From: Octopus sinensis
Taxonomy: Eukaryota
Assembly (NCBI RefSeq): GCF_006345805.1
Contig: NC_043002.1
Location: forward strand, 95,542,001 to 95,606,000
Reading direction: 5' to 3'
Length of the DNA stretch: 64,000 nucleotides
Positions 1 through 11,975 of the stretch are shown here, piece after piece (within the stretch, counting starts at the first letter, position 1; each line of letters begins with the position of its first letter). The translations under genes were made by a program, and so were the position numbers. The notes beneath the pieces were generated by a model, which saw nothing but the letters and a program-made list of their open reading frames with translations, did not search any database and was not told the origin of the DNA.

Positions 1-1627
1 ATCCTTCTAAAAGTATGTAAGAGAGTCCTAGCAAGACCACTGCAGTTCCTCTTTCAGAGCTTCCTTGCAACTGGCAAACTTCCAAGAAAACTGAAGGAAG
101 GTAAAATATGCCCTATTCATAAAGGAGGTAGCAGAGTGGATGCCAAGAACTACAGACCTATCTCTCTGACCTCACACATCAGCAAGGTCATGGAACTAAT
201 AGTCAGAAGGAAACTAATCACCTTCCTTGAAGAAAATGACTTGCTGCCTGACACTCAACATGGTTTCCGACCAGGAAGAAGCTGCTTAACTCAGCTCGTA
301 CAACACTATGACTGGATGCTGAAACGACTGCTCAACCACTCAAATGTGGAAGTCATATATCTCGACTTTGCAAAGGCCTTTGATAAAGTCGATCATGGAA
401 TGCTATGTCACAAACTGCGTAATCTTGGCATAGTTGGAAAATTGGGAGAGTGGCTTCATGACTTTCTGAAGGATAGAAGTCAGGTGGTAGTAGCCAATGG
501 GGTCACTTCCACTAACACGCAAATAGTGAGCGGTGTTCCGCAGGGCACTGTTTTGGGACCACTACTGTTCATAATGGCCCTCTCAGACATGCCCTCAGCC
601 ACGCAGAGAGCCACGATCACAAGTTATGCAGATGATACAAAAGTTTCACAGGCAATACAGAACCCTGAAGACACTAAGCACCTGCAATGTGAGCTGGACA
701 AAATAAGTGGGCTGAAAAGAATAGCATGCAGTTCAATGCTGAAAAGTTTCAAGCTCCATGCTATCAGCACGCAAAACTAAATGCAATACCCAATAAATAC
801 ACTGGACCTGGAGGGACTGCAATCCCAGAGGCACAATCAGAACGAGACCTGGGTATTTACATGAGTGATGATGCAACCTTTCATGTGCATGTTGCTAAAA
901 AGTGCAATGAAATGTAGGCGGCTGACCGGATGGATTCTTAAAACCTTCATAACAAGAGACCAGTAAATCATGATGGTCCTCTGGAGGACACTTGTCCTAA
1001 GCCACTTTGACTATTGCTCTCAGCTATGGTCACCATCCAGTGTCAAGTTAATCACAGAACTTGAGGCGATCCAACGAAGCTACACGAAGAAGATAGCCTC
1101 TGTGCAGCATATGGGCTATTGGGAAAGACTCAAGAGATTGAGACTCTATTCCTTAGAGCGTAGGCGAGAAAGATATGTCATAATATACATTTGGAAGATC
1201 CTAGAAGGACTTGTCCCAAACTTTAGCATCGCAAGTTACACAAATGCCAGAACTGGGCGCCACTGCATAGTGCCAAGGACTCCAAATTTGCCATCAAGAT
1301 GTAGAACAAGTTACTGTGATAGCCTGGGCTTTAGAGGTCCACAGCTCTTCAATATCCTGCCGAAGGACCTGAGAGACCTGCATGAGGTGGATGCAGGTGC
1401 CTTTAAAATAAAACTGGATCTCTTCCTGTCAGGTGTCCCAGATGAACCAACTTCACGGCAGGAGGTGGTGATGAGGGCAGCTGCATCAAACTCTCTCATG
1501 CACCAAATGGCAATTGCTAAAAAGCATTCGTGAAGTAAAATCATGTAGCAACACCAAATGGCGGTGCTCCAACATGGCCACAGCTAGTGAGCTGAAACTA
1601 GATAAATAAATAAATAAATAAATAAAT
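1..1627 (+). mobile_element. CR1/Jockey-group LINE, 3' half (RT domain and C-terminus), inactivated; ends in a (TAAA)n tail
   Basis: ORF 136-780 has RT motifs YRPISLTSHISKVME, QHGFRPGRSCLTQL, YLDFAKAFDKVDH, GVPQGTVLGPLLF and YADDTKV. It continues through frameshifts (726-917) and a stop at 964-966 into 970-1533 (FDYCSQLWSP...LEAIQRSYTKKI...YWERLKRLRLYSLERRRERY), a CR1-type C-terminus. (TAAA)n at 1602-1627. Confidence 0.92.
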
Positions 1628-2526
1628 ATACATACATTGTTTTTTCATTACTGTTTTCAATTTCGTTTTCGTCTCTTGTATTCACATCCGTCTTGTGCGT
1701 TCACATTCCTGTCTTCTACCAAGAAATCTAATGCTTACAGCTTAGTTTTTTTTCTTGGGGCTGGCCGAGTTGGAGCAAATATCAGAATTGAACAGCCGAA
1801 ATTTGCTATGATGATTCGGTGTCTGACTGAAGATTGAAGGCTTCGAATGATTTGTCTGTGTTCCGTGTTCGTCCCTTCCTGTATTTCACGTTCATTATAT
1901 ATAAAAACATTCATTCTCATTTATATATACACATATAAATATATATATCATATATATACGCACACACATATTCATACATACATACATACATATATACATA
2001 TATACACACACATAACACATGTATGCATACGACATATATATATAATGAATATGTTATATACACATGTATACATATGATTTTGTGTGTGTATGCGTGTGTG
2101 TGTGTTATAAACATATGCATACACTCACAGGCGCGCGTGTGTACGTGGAGATGGGTGTGCATGCACTCGCACGTGCATTTGCTTTTATTTTCTTGTCTAT
2201 TCTGAATGTAACTTTAACTCCTTCACCAATGTTATAAACCTATTACGCAAGATAAACAAAAGTTACAAAATACATGTACTATCGATGTGATATCAATTGA
2301 AGTGATGTTACAGACATTTCTCATTGGCTGTTTTGACAGCATTCAGCTAAAAACATCTTTATTCTTCAATTAATACAAAAATTCAATATCTACAATCTTT
2401 TTTTTTTTTTTTTTTTTTTTCATTGATGGAACGAAACTGCAGGAGTGAAAAGTTTTATAACTATTCTGATTTCAGAAACACATTTTATCATTTCTCTCTC
2501 CACGTGGTTTGAAAATTGAGACTAAA

Positions 2527-2922
2527 CTAGCAGTATCGCCCGGCGTTGCTCGGGTTTGTAAGGGAAATAACTATATAAGCATTTTTAGAGAGTTATTGCC
2601 AAAAAATAGCAAAAAAATGCATTAAAAATGGAAAGAAAATTACGGTAATTTTTTTTTTAAATCGTTGACTCATCGTAGACATTTTTAGAGAGTTACTTCC
2701 CTTATTTAATAGCGAAAAATGCATTAAAATGGAAAAAAATGATGGTAAATTTTTTTAAAATTGTAGACTCATCGTAGACGCGCGCTAATACCCAGAAGGG
2801 CTCGATATGAATCACGACTATAAGATACCCGGTTTTGGTTAAACTGCACCGCAAAATGTGGGAGTAGTTAGGAATCTAAATCGTAGGAGACAGACACACA
2901 ACTTGACTTTTATATATAAAGA
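2527..2922 (-). mobile_element. Non-autonomous Helitron with an internal ~100-bp tandem duplication
   Basis: On minus: A|TCTTTATATATAAAAG...CCCGAGCAACGCCGGGCGATACTGCTAG|T, i.e. 5' TC, subterminal GC hairpin, 3' CTAG, inserted between A and T. Same family as 36225-36516. The internal block (catttttagagagtta...actcatcgtagac) occurs twice, at about 2580-2679 and 2680-2778. Confidence 0.85.
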
Positions 2923-2984
2923 TCTCTGCTGAATTACACAAATGTAATTGCCATGCAAATGTGTGTGTGTGTGAACGCGTGTGT

Positions 2985-3162
2985 ATCGTTGGTGATTTTC
3001 TTACTCCGTCTTCCCTTCTTTGGACATTTTCTATATTTCTGATGAAGAGATCCGCTCGAAACGTGAAATCCTCTTTCTTTTCTTCCCTTTCCTGAACGTT
3101 CAATAACACAGTACTAGTACCACGTCCTCACGTTGTTATTTTCTTCTTGTTTGGATTGACTA
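2985..3162 (+). mobile_element. Penelope-like terminal fragment with a minimal HHR motif, ending at (TA)n
   Basis: Homologous to 8002-8200 (minus) and 42830-43025 (plus). All contain ctga(t/c)gaagag...ctcgaaacgt and end in tttggatt(a/g)ac(ta)n. The PLE assignment rests on the known association of PLEs with minimal HHRs. Confidence 0.7.
3035..3069 (+). ncRNA. Minimal type-I hammerhead motif, probably inactive (H17=G)
   Basis: ATTT-CTGATGA-A-GAG atccg CTC-GAA-ACGT-G-AAAT: stem I attt/aaat, intact core, palindromic stem III ACGT, but G at the cleavage position. Confidence 0.65.
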
Positions 3163-3314
3163 TATATATATATATATATATATATCATATATATACACAT
3201 ATATATATGCATACACATATACATACATACATACATACATACATACATACATACATACATACATACATACATACATACATACATACATACACACACATAA
3301 TATATATATATATA

Positions 3315-3504
3315 TTTCCGCCTACCATATCCACTCACAAGGCTTTGGTCGGCTCGAGACTATAGCAGAAGACACTTGACCAAAGTGCCATATATATATA
3401 TGGGAAGAATTCACAAAAAAAAACTGCGTGGCACTTTGCTCAAGTGTCTTCTGCTATAGTCTCGAGCCGACCAAAGCCTTGTGAGTGGATATAGTAGGCG
3501 GAAA
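3315..3504. repeat. Foldback inverted duplication of a SINE segment (76-bp arms, 38-bp spacer)
   Basis: 3315-3390 is the reverse complement of 3429-3504 with 2 mismatches. Confidence 0.9.
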
Positions 3505-3532
3505 CTGAAAGAAGCCCATTATATATATGTAC

Positions 3533-3565
<33 letters not shown>

Positions 3566-3740
3566 CGTGTGTGTGCGTGTGTCTGTGTTTGTCCCCCAAC
3601 AACACTTGACAACCGATGCTGGTGTGTTTACGTCCCCGTAACGTAGCAGTTCGGCAAAAAAGAGACTGATAAAATAAGTACTAGGCTTACAAAGAATAAG
3701 TCCTGTGGTCGATTTGATCGACTAAAGGCGGTGCTCCAGA
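3428..3740 (+). mobile_element. 5'-truncated SINE (family A: ...tggcaccttgggcaagtgtcttc... body, ggcggtgctccag tail)
   Basis: Aligns by eye with copies at 9770-10150, 14880-15235, 29655-30030, 61670-62090 and 62620-62970. Confidence 0.85.
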
Positions 3741-3780
3741 CAGATTCAACACTGAGTCGCTGAAGCAGAAATATCGTTAT

Positions 3781-3933
3781 AACAAATATTCTGCTCAGTA
3801 CCACAGATTTGCTTGTCAGTTGCTTGACCATAACCACCTGAGCATGTCTTTTAGTGGCTCTCTGATGATGCGCAGGAGTAGTGAGGTAGCATCATAGCTA
3901 TGTTTTGAGAGGAATTCTTTGGGGTTTGAATAA
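3781..3933 (+). mobile_element. Internal fragment of the repeat family seen at 51966-52520
   Basis: acaaatattctgctcagtaccacagatttgcttgtcagttg...ctttggggtttgaata matches the reverse complement of about 52250-52420. Confidence 0.75.
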
Positions 3934-4623
3934 GTGTAAAAATAGCAAAATTTGAAGGAAATACTAACCATTTTTCATACTTTCTGGGGGTAAGAAAAAG
4001 GAAACAGCAGTTGCTAGCCAAGGATAAAAGTCGTGTTACACTGTCATGAGAAGTGAAATATTACTACAGATTTAAGTGCGTATTATTTTATAAATTACTC
4101 AATAACAATTTACCTCAAGAAAAATACAAGTTTGTGTTAGCTATGAAAAAAAAAAAAAGCAGGGTGACTACATATCTGGTAAATAAATATTATGAAATTC
4201 CCTAGTGAAGGGAAAATGCACATATCTACAAAAATAAAAAAAAAATCTATTAGAGATAAATTATTGATATGCTAAGTACAATAAATATTCTCACAGATCA
4301 AACAGAAGACAATAGAAAAAGTAGAAAAAGATGATAATTAATGTTTTTATGAAAAGGAGTAAAAGAATACATCTTTAAGTTAAAGGTCGTTGGGTTTTTT
4401 TTTATACTTTCTAAAAACCCGGCAACGTTGCTAGTATATATATAAAACAAGGAAGTGTACATGTCAGAAAGTGTCGAAATCGTTATGATATTCAGTTAAC
4501 AGCGGACGAAGGGAATGGGCTTGTATCCGTTTCATTTCCTTAGTTTCTGTGTTTTTTTTTTTCTTTTTTCGTTTTCCTGTCACATTTTTGTTTCGTTTCC
4601 TTTTGCAAACCCTTTTTTCATTC

Positions 4624-4655
<32 letters not shown>

Positions 4656-4659
4656 TATA

Positions 4660-4731
<72 letters not shown>

Positions 4732-5096
4732 TGTGAGAGAAAGAGAGAGACGGACTGGCAGACAGGTAGTTAAATAGATGTGCGTATGTGCGTGTGTAAA
4801 TATATAGTAATCCTGTGTGTAAATACTAAACAATTTTCTCTTTTGTCTCCGTTGCGAATATACTAATGTTCTACGAAGAAGGAAAAGGTGAAAGGAAAGA
4901 GAATAAAAAGAAAACACGTTCGATGAATTTCTTCCAGACTGTAATTATTTTCCATTTATAAGAAATATCTCACTTCATAGAATACTTCTTTAATGATTCT
5001 GAGCTTATATCATACTGACGATTTTTGAAAAGAATGAAATAGTGCTAGGCATACGCACATACATACATACATACTTGCATAAATACACACACAGAA

Positions 5097-5144
<48 letters not shown>

Positions 5145-5934
5145 GTACATATTCATATATTTATATTATACATACATACATTCATAATACATACATACAT
5201 ACATACATACATACATACATACATACATACATACATACATACATACATACATAATGGAATTTCTCATCAATTTCAATGTATGAGGTTTCAACAGTTCTTT
5301 TTGTTAGACTACCTACACAGATGATTCGTTTTCAGTGGTGGAGGCTTATGAACAACACATCTCAGGCTTTTCTATTTAAGTTCTCCGTTTCGTGAGTTAA
5401 TTAACTTCGCCCTGGTAGGTTAAATGCATATCCAGAAATTCGCACGTTCTCACGCATACATACATACATACATGCATGCATAGATGCATATATACATACA
5501 TTATGGCTGCCCCCTCGTTATCAAGTATGGCCATTGCACGAAGCTTAACTGTTACTGGTGTTGTGATCGAATGTGACTTTTTAGCCCAGCTAAAGATCTA
5601 CAATGTCTTGTACAAAATTAGCAACTAAGACCTTTACTGGTAATAGCCGGCTGTAGTTGTAACTGGGCTTCATGTACCTTTGCATGTCGTTTAAGTCCTC
5701 CTGCCGAATTACACTCTCTTCCACATGCCCGACAGATATGATTAGTATGGTGTGTTACACCACCACCAGTGCCCAGGTTGTCACTCATCTGTCTCGTTTT
5801 ATGACTACGAAGATGACTCTTGGTCCAGTTTTACTGAGGCAGGGTCTTGCACAGACACTGCATGTCATCATCATAAGAAGACCCTTCCCAATGCATACAT
5901 ACATACATACATACATACATACATACATACATAC

Positions 5935-7460
5935 ATGCGGATGACTTGAAACTTTATGCAAAGAATATGCACGAGATGAAAAAGAGCCTTGGCCTAGTTA
6001 CAACATTTTCAAAGGTTGTAGGGTTGGAGTTTGGTCAGGATAAATGTTATATGGTTGTGAAAAGGGGGAAAACTGTAAACCAGTCTAGCAACATCTCCAT
6101 CAATGACTTAACTGTTTCCTCTATATCTGATGAAGAATGTTATAGGTATCTAGAGGTGGATAAAAACATATCTCACAATGGCACCTGTAACAAAATAGGT
6201 GTCACTAAAGAATATTATAGCCAAATAAAGAAATTTTGAACCTCAGAATTCTCTGCATTCAATAAAACAGTGTCCCACAATGTGTTTGCAGTGCCAGTAC
6301 TCATACCAATATTTGAACTGTTTGATTGGACGCTTGATGAGATCTGAGCAATTGATGTGAAAACCAAGAAAATACTAACAAGCACACATTATTTTCACAT
6401 AAACTGTGAAGTAGACCGCCTCTAACTAAAACGAAAACAAGGTGGCAGAAGCTTAACATCGAACTAAAATGCCTTTGAATGTTGTGTCATATCCCCTCGG
6501 TAACATCTTTCAGCCATCAAGTGTTTAAGTATACCCCTTGGCCAAGTTTGCATACATGAGGCTCATAACATCTTTGAGTAGCATTCCTTGTCTGATAACC
6601 TTAGATACATGCCCAAATAAGTCGCACAACTCTACCGCAACATATCATCAGATGAAAGGATGAGCATATATGAACAGAAGACCATGCATAGATATGTTAT
6701 TAGAAAGATCCGAGATAATGGTAACATTGGTCATCAAAGCAGTCTGTCATGGACCAATAACCGAATTACTCCTACTTTGAAGGGTTTGAAATCCAGGAAA
6801 AGGAAATATAAACCAAATAATTGATTACAAAAGGGATAGAGATGCAGGACAAGCAGTAAAATGTGACAACTGATGCAGACCTTGTGGAGTTAACACCGGA
6901 GATATCACCTACACCATAAGCAGTTGTCCGAAAATGTCATCATAGTATTATCTACCGATGAGAATGATGTAGCTAGGACACTATATAATGAGATCCATCG
7001 GAAGGATAACCTCGAGGACAAAGAAATAAGAACCCACAATATGGTAGAAGCCACAGCCATTCATAATAAAAAACAGTACTGGTGGAATGTCCCAGTGAAA
7101 CCCTTAATAAAATGTAAGCGCAAGATACCTGATATAACGATTTGCGATAGAGAAGAGAAACTATGTAGAGTTGTGGAAATTAGCTGTCCAGCGGATGTTA
7201 ACATAAAGCTGAAGATCAACGAAAAAGAGAATATCTACACTGTACTATTGAGAACTCTACAGTTACTCTATCCAGATTACAAGTTCAGGTTTACACCTGT
7301 AAATATTAGGGCCTTGGGATATGTAACACACTTCCTAAATACCAATCTTGAGAAATTCGGCTTCTCAAAATCAGAAAGGAGAAAGCTGATTCAAAGACTA
7401 CAGATCCAATCTATCACTGGAACTGTAAAAATCTGTAAAACTATCCAGAAGTTTATCGTG
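5935..7460 (+). mobile_element. R4/Dong-like non-LTR retrotransposon (RT C-half, zinc knuckle, restriction-like endonuclease), decayed and 5'-truncated
   Basis: DDLKLYAK...FGQDKC...YRYLEV (5938-6239); CRPCGVNTGDITYTISSCP, a degenerate CCHC knuckle (about 6875-6930); KIPDITICDREEKLCRVVEISCP...EKENIY, a PD-(D/E)xK-type motif (ORF 6924-7523). Many stops and frameshifts. Confidence 0.85.
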
Positions 7461-7506
7461 CATATAGTTGCATATCTAGACATGTCTAAATATGCAACTA
7501 TATGCA
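7459..7506. repeat. 48-bp spacerless palindrome at the LINE 3' junction
   Basis: tgcatatagttgcatatctagaca|tgtctaaatatgcaactatatgca, 1 mismatch in 24 bp. Confidence 0.9.
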
Positions 7507-7821
7507 TGAGAATACACACATGAAGCAAAACATACAAATCTGCATATATACATACAAACATACATACATACTGTTTAGTTGGATGACTGTTGACATTTCT
7601 GAGTTCATGTGCCCTCAAATTGATTTTGTTTTTTCATCTCACAAGATGTCCAAAAGCTGCCCTGCTCACCAAGGAAGCTTGACTGCGTTGCTGGTTTAGT
7701 TCTTCATGGCCCGATTACGCAACAGGTTATCCTGGGTTACATTTTCCCTGTAACACTCACGGGTGACCGAATATATGCATTAACACGCTCTCTCACACAC
7801 GCACACACACATACATGATGA

Positions 7822-7823
7822 TT

Positions 7824-7903
<80 letters not shown>

Positions 7904-7904
7904 T

Positions 7905-7935
<31 letters not shown>

Positions 7936-7965
7936 TATAGACAGATAGATAGATAGATAGATAGA
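7822..7965. repeat. (GATA)n microsatellite; similar tracts at about 15240-15330 and 63098-63150
   Basis: Directly visible tandem GATA units. Confidence 0.97.
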
Positions 7966-8001
7966 TATACACACATGCATATATATATATATATATATAT
8001 A

Positions 8002-8200
8002 TAGTTAATCCAAACATGAAAACACAAAGAGAAAACACAACGCGAGGACGTGGAATAATTATAGTATTATTGGACGCTCAGGAAAGAAGAGAAGAAGGAG
8101 GGTTTAACGTTTCGAGCAGAGCTCTTCGTCGGAAACATATGAAAAGGAAAGATCCAGAGAAGGGAAGACAGAGGAAAAAAAATCGCCAACGGTACACACG
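8002..8200 (-). mobile_element. Penelope-like terminal fragment with an HHR motif (8102-8136)
   Basis: Minus strand: GTTT-CCGACGA-A-GAGC tct GCTC-GAA-ACGT-T-AAAC. Core U4 is C. Same family as the 2985 and 42830 copies. Confidence 0.72.
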
Positions 8201-8289
8201 CGGTCAACCCCAGAAACGTATATGCACTTTGATAGCTGATAACTCACGTAATTTTCATTTCTTTTCGGATTTAACTCATTAGAAATAAA

Positions 8290-9190
8290 GAATGGAGCCA
8301 GCCTATGCTTTGAAGAAAGGAATTTTTTTATGAAGTACTACTGGAAATTAGAAAAAAGCATTTTCCGAAGGGATTTCAAATAGATCCATCCTCAATCGAA
8401 TTAGTAATGTTTGAAGTGGATGGAGCTGTCTAAAATGTCGACAAGAAACCTTCTGGAAGACCGCACGTCGATGTGCTCCACAAAGCAAGAAAGGATGTCA
8501 GAAATGTATTGCTAGACAAGAAAATCTGTGTGACAAATGAGTCGTGAGAAAGGAATTTCATAATCTAGCGTCCATCACATTTTGCAACACTGCCATTGCA
8601 AAAGCTACATTCTAAAAATCATTCATAGTCTCCATGAAAATGATCTTGACCGAAGAGTGGAGTTGTATAAGTGGTACTTGGGAAGATGTGTAGAAATTGT
8701 ACACTTTCCAACAAAGACTATTTAGAGGGATGAGACTACATTTAGATTGAATGGTTCAATTAACCGCTACAATTGCAGCAACTGGGGGCCTAAAAACACG
8801 CATATGACGGAGGAACATCACATAAATCTACCAGAAGGGACAGCATGATGTAGTTTATCATCAAAAGGATTAATTGAACCTTTCTTTTTTGATAGTACAG
8901 TGACTGGTCCTATTTACTCGAACTCATGCCAAAAATTCAAGAGGACTTTGAAGATACAGATCTTTATTTCCAGCAACATGGAACACTCCAACACTACCAT
9001 AGTAAAGTAAGGGTCTACATTGATGAAATTTTGTCAGATAGGCGTAATAGCTGAAGAAGTCCAGGAGAATGCCCTCCACATTTTCTGAACCTCACACCAC
9101 TAAACTTCTTTTATGGGGATGCTTGAAAGATAAACATTACAGTACAAAACTGGTAACATTCTACTAACAAGAATGCGCAGGAATACCGAA
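8290..9190 (+). mobile_element. Decayed Tc1/mariner-superfamily transposase (maT/rosa-like)
   Basis: Translatable relics: [23 protein letters not shown]; (F)[19 protein letters not shown] (compare FQQDGAPPHY); CPPHFLNLTPLNFF.WGCLKD (compare WPPRSPDLTPLDFFLWGYLK). Confidence 0.75.
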
Positions 9191-9539
9191 CGAAATGTTA
9201 CCAATGCAATTTCATTACTTCACGTGATCAACGCACACTCACTTACAGTCTATGCTTCCTTAACACTGTTGATATGTTCTTGACAAATGCAACTAAATTA
9301 AATGACGTAAAGCGAAACCAATATTAGAACAAAGCTTACATTCCTGCAGTACATTCCCACTGTTTATATCTAATGTTTTTTATTCCTAGTCACAAACCCA
9401 CCAACAAACTCTTATCGAAAAGCCTGAGGTATAGTTTTCTTCGATTCTGTGGCAAACACTTGCACCAACTTTCTGCTATCAGCATTCCCAAAAAGTGTAG
9501 CTTCAAAACGCTTTCTAATATTAAACGTTAAAGAAAAGC

Positions 9540-9760
9540 AGTGAAACTGGCAGGATCGTTGGCACGCCGGGCAAAATGTTTCACGGCATTTCATCCGTCT
9601 ATATGTTCTGAATTCAAATTCCATTGAAGTCTTTCATCCTTTCGGAGTCGATAAAGTAAGTACTAATTGAGTACTGGGGTCTATGTAATCGACTTACCCA
9701 ACCACCAAAATTACTGGCCTTGTGCCAAAATTTGAGACCAATATTAAAAAGTTGAAGAAA
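9540..9760 (+). mobile_element. SINE family B (ggcggtgagctggcagaatcgttagcacgccggg head; gcctttcatcctttcggggtcgataaa core)
   Basis: Related copies at 38365-38595 (minus, best preserved), 46245-46480, 52580-53220 (interrupted by a MITE), 50735-50855, 27250-27600, 36560-36930 and 54930-55060. Confidence 0.8.
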
Positions 9761-9769
9761 AAAATCAGT

Positions 9770-10150
9770 GGCCGTGTGCTTCCCAACTACATGGTTCCGG
9801 GTTCAGTCCCACGGCGTGGCACCTTGGGCAAGTGCCTTCTATAGCCCTGGGCTGACCAAAGCCTTGTGAGTGGATTTGGTAGACGGAAACTGATAGCTCA
9901 TTGTGTATATATATGTGTATATATATATTTATGTGTGTGTGTGTCTTTGTGTCTGTGTTTGTTCACACACACACACACCATCACTTGGCAACTGATGTTG
10001 GTGTGTTTACGTCGCCGAAACTTAGCGGTTCAGCAAAAGGGTACGATAGATTAAGTACTAGGCTTACAAAGAATAAGTCCTGGGGTTGATTTCATAGGCT
10101 AAAGGCGGTGCTCCAGCATGGCCACAGTCAAATGACTGAAACGTGTAAAA
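9770..10150 (+). mobile_element. tRNA-derived SINE family A with LINE-matching tail 1
   Basis: B-box-like ggttcagtccc, internal (GT/AT)n tract, tail ggcggtgctccagcatggccacagtcaaatgactgaaac at 10104-10142. Confidence 0.88.
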
Positions 10151-11071
10151 GAGCAATATAAATTATTCACTAAAAGATCAAGTCCAAGGTTTGTTGTCAA
10201 CCATTATTCCTTTGCCTCTCTTGGTATAACTCCTTGTAGCTGTTGTATCCACTTATAAATTGTTTGCTTTTGAACTTATCTCTGTATGAGGATATTTTTT
10301 TCAGTGAAAATGGCCATAACTTTATCTAAAACTGGAAAACCTCAAACAAATCATAAGTTGTTAAAATTCATAATGTTTTGTTTTTTTTTTGCATCCTCAC
10401 TTTTATCATCTTCTTCAGCATACTGCTATTCTCTCCCCATGATGTCCTCATTAGATATTTCCTTACTGTGATATTTTAGTAACTCAACTATTTTCACTAT
10501 TTTATATTTTAAATACTGTCATACCGTAAAAAGAGTTACAACTCCATGAAGTAGACAGTAGACTTTCAAAAGTTGTATCTGAGACAACGTTTGCTAAATA
10601 TTTTTTTTTAAATTGAATTTCTAGTAACATTACCCATCATAATTTATTTATTTCTTCATATTTTACTGAATTGAAAATGCAACAACTTGCCAAAAAAAAA
10701 AAGATGGGGAAAATAAAAGCAAATAAAAATTCACTTTGACAGGCGTATATTTTGTAAATTTCTATTTTGGTGTTATATTATTTCACATCGACAATATGAC
10801 GAAACGCTAAATGAAGGTTATAGTGTGCACGCGCGTGTGTGCGTGTGCGTGGATGTGTGTGTGTGTGTGCGCGCGTGCTTGAATGCATGAGTGCGTGCAT
10901 GTGAGTATGTGTGTCTGTGTGCGCATGCGTATGTGTACACAAATGTTGATTGCGTAGAGCAAATGAGAAATAAATGTTCAGTACAGGTTATAGAGTATAT
11001 GGTTTATTACAACTAAATAATATATGTCACGATTCAAGTTTCATGCCACAACAATCTTAAGGCGAGAGTTA

Positions 11072-11110
11072 TCGCCTGAAGACTACAGTGGCGGAAAACT
11101 CGAGTTGCGA
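11072..11110 (+). ncRNA. Degenerate type-I hammerhead motif
   Basis: TCGC-CTGAAGA-ctacagtggcg-GAA-A-ACTCGAGT-T-GCGA: stem I tcgc/gcga, palindromic stem III, poor stem II, one extra A. Confidence 0.5.
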
Positions 11111-11577
11111 GATAAATATTTAGTTTCAATGTTATGTGCATACACACACAAATAAAATGTATGCATGCATGTATGTATGTATGCATGTATATATGTATGT
11201 ATGTATGTATGTATATATATAGATAGATAGATTATATACAGGCATGGAATGGCTAAAATTACCTCGAGATTGTTTCACAATCTCAAGGTTTCAGATCCAT
11301 CTAACGGTGTGTCGTCTTGGGTGTGTCGTCCTGTAACTTCAGGTCAACCCCATACATTATAGAAGAAATTAAGCAGATGAAAACTTTATGGAAGACTGTC
11401 GGATGGAATGTATAGTCTTATTACACACCACGTCATGCTGGTTCTGCTTGTTAATTGCGTTAAAGGTACACGTGACTTCGGAGTGTTCTATCACACACCG
11501 TCAATTCAATGAGCAGGCAAAGCTGTTAATTGAACAAACGAATATTCATAACCGAGATTACCAAAAGCCTATTAATT

Positions 11578-11623
<46 letters not shown>

Positions 11624-11664
11624 CTGATAGTGACTGTAGTCGTCCGAAAATACCGTTCGAGAAT

Positions 11665-11716
11665 TCCTTAAACTGACAGTCAGTTTCAACAATTTCCGTT
11701 GTCTCATCAGTAAAAA
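11665..11716 (-). ncRNA. Near-intact type-I hammerhead ribozyme
   Basis: UUUUUA-CUGAUGA-GACAA cggaaa UUGUU-GAA-ACUGA cug UCAGU-U-UAAGGA. Full core, 5-bp stem II, 5-bp stem III, GUU cleavage triplet, 6-bp stem I with two G-U pairs. Confidence 0.75.
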
Positions 11717-11920
11717 CTAGCTCGACTTTGGTAGATTCCGAACTTAATTCTCTATCAGATTTCATCATAGAAATCTATGGATGATTTTGCAAATCGCTAA
11801 TGTGCATACAGAGAATTAATGTAGACAGTAGTTTGCAATGTTCCACCAAAAAGGAAACCTATAATTGTCACTAAGTGCGACTAGAGAGTTAGAAACACTC
11901 ACATTGCTAGAAATAAGAGC

Positions 11921-11969
<49 letters not shown>

Positions 11970-11975
<6 letters not shown>

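Noticed and set aside
4415-4433. Helitron-like 3' end (cccggcaacgttgctag|t); Helitron-like internal motif at about 18390-18440
   Set aside because: No matching 5' TC terminus could be identified.
11577-11768. 63-aa minus ORF (MMKSDRELSS...) as an exon
   Set aside because: It overlaps the hammerhead motif and runs into a microsatellite; splice signals are weak.
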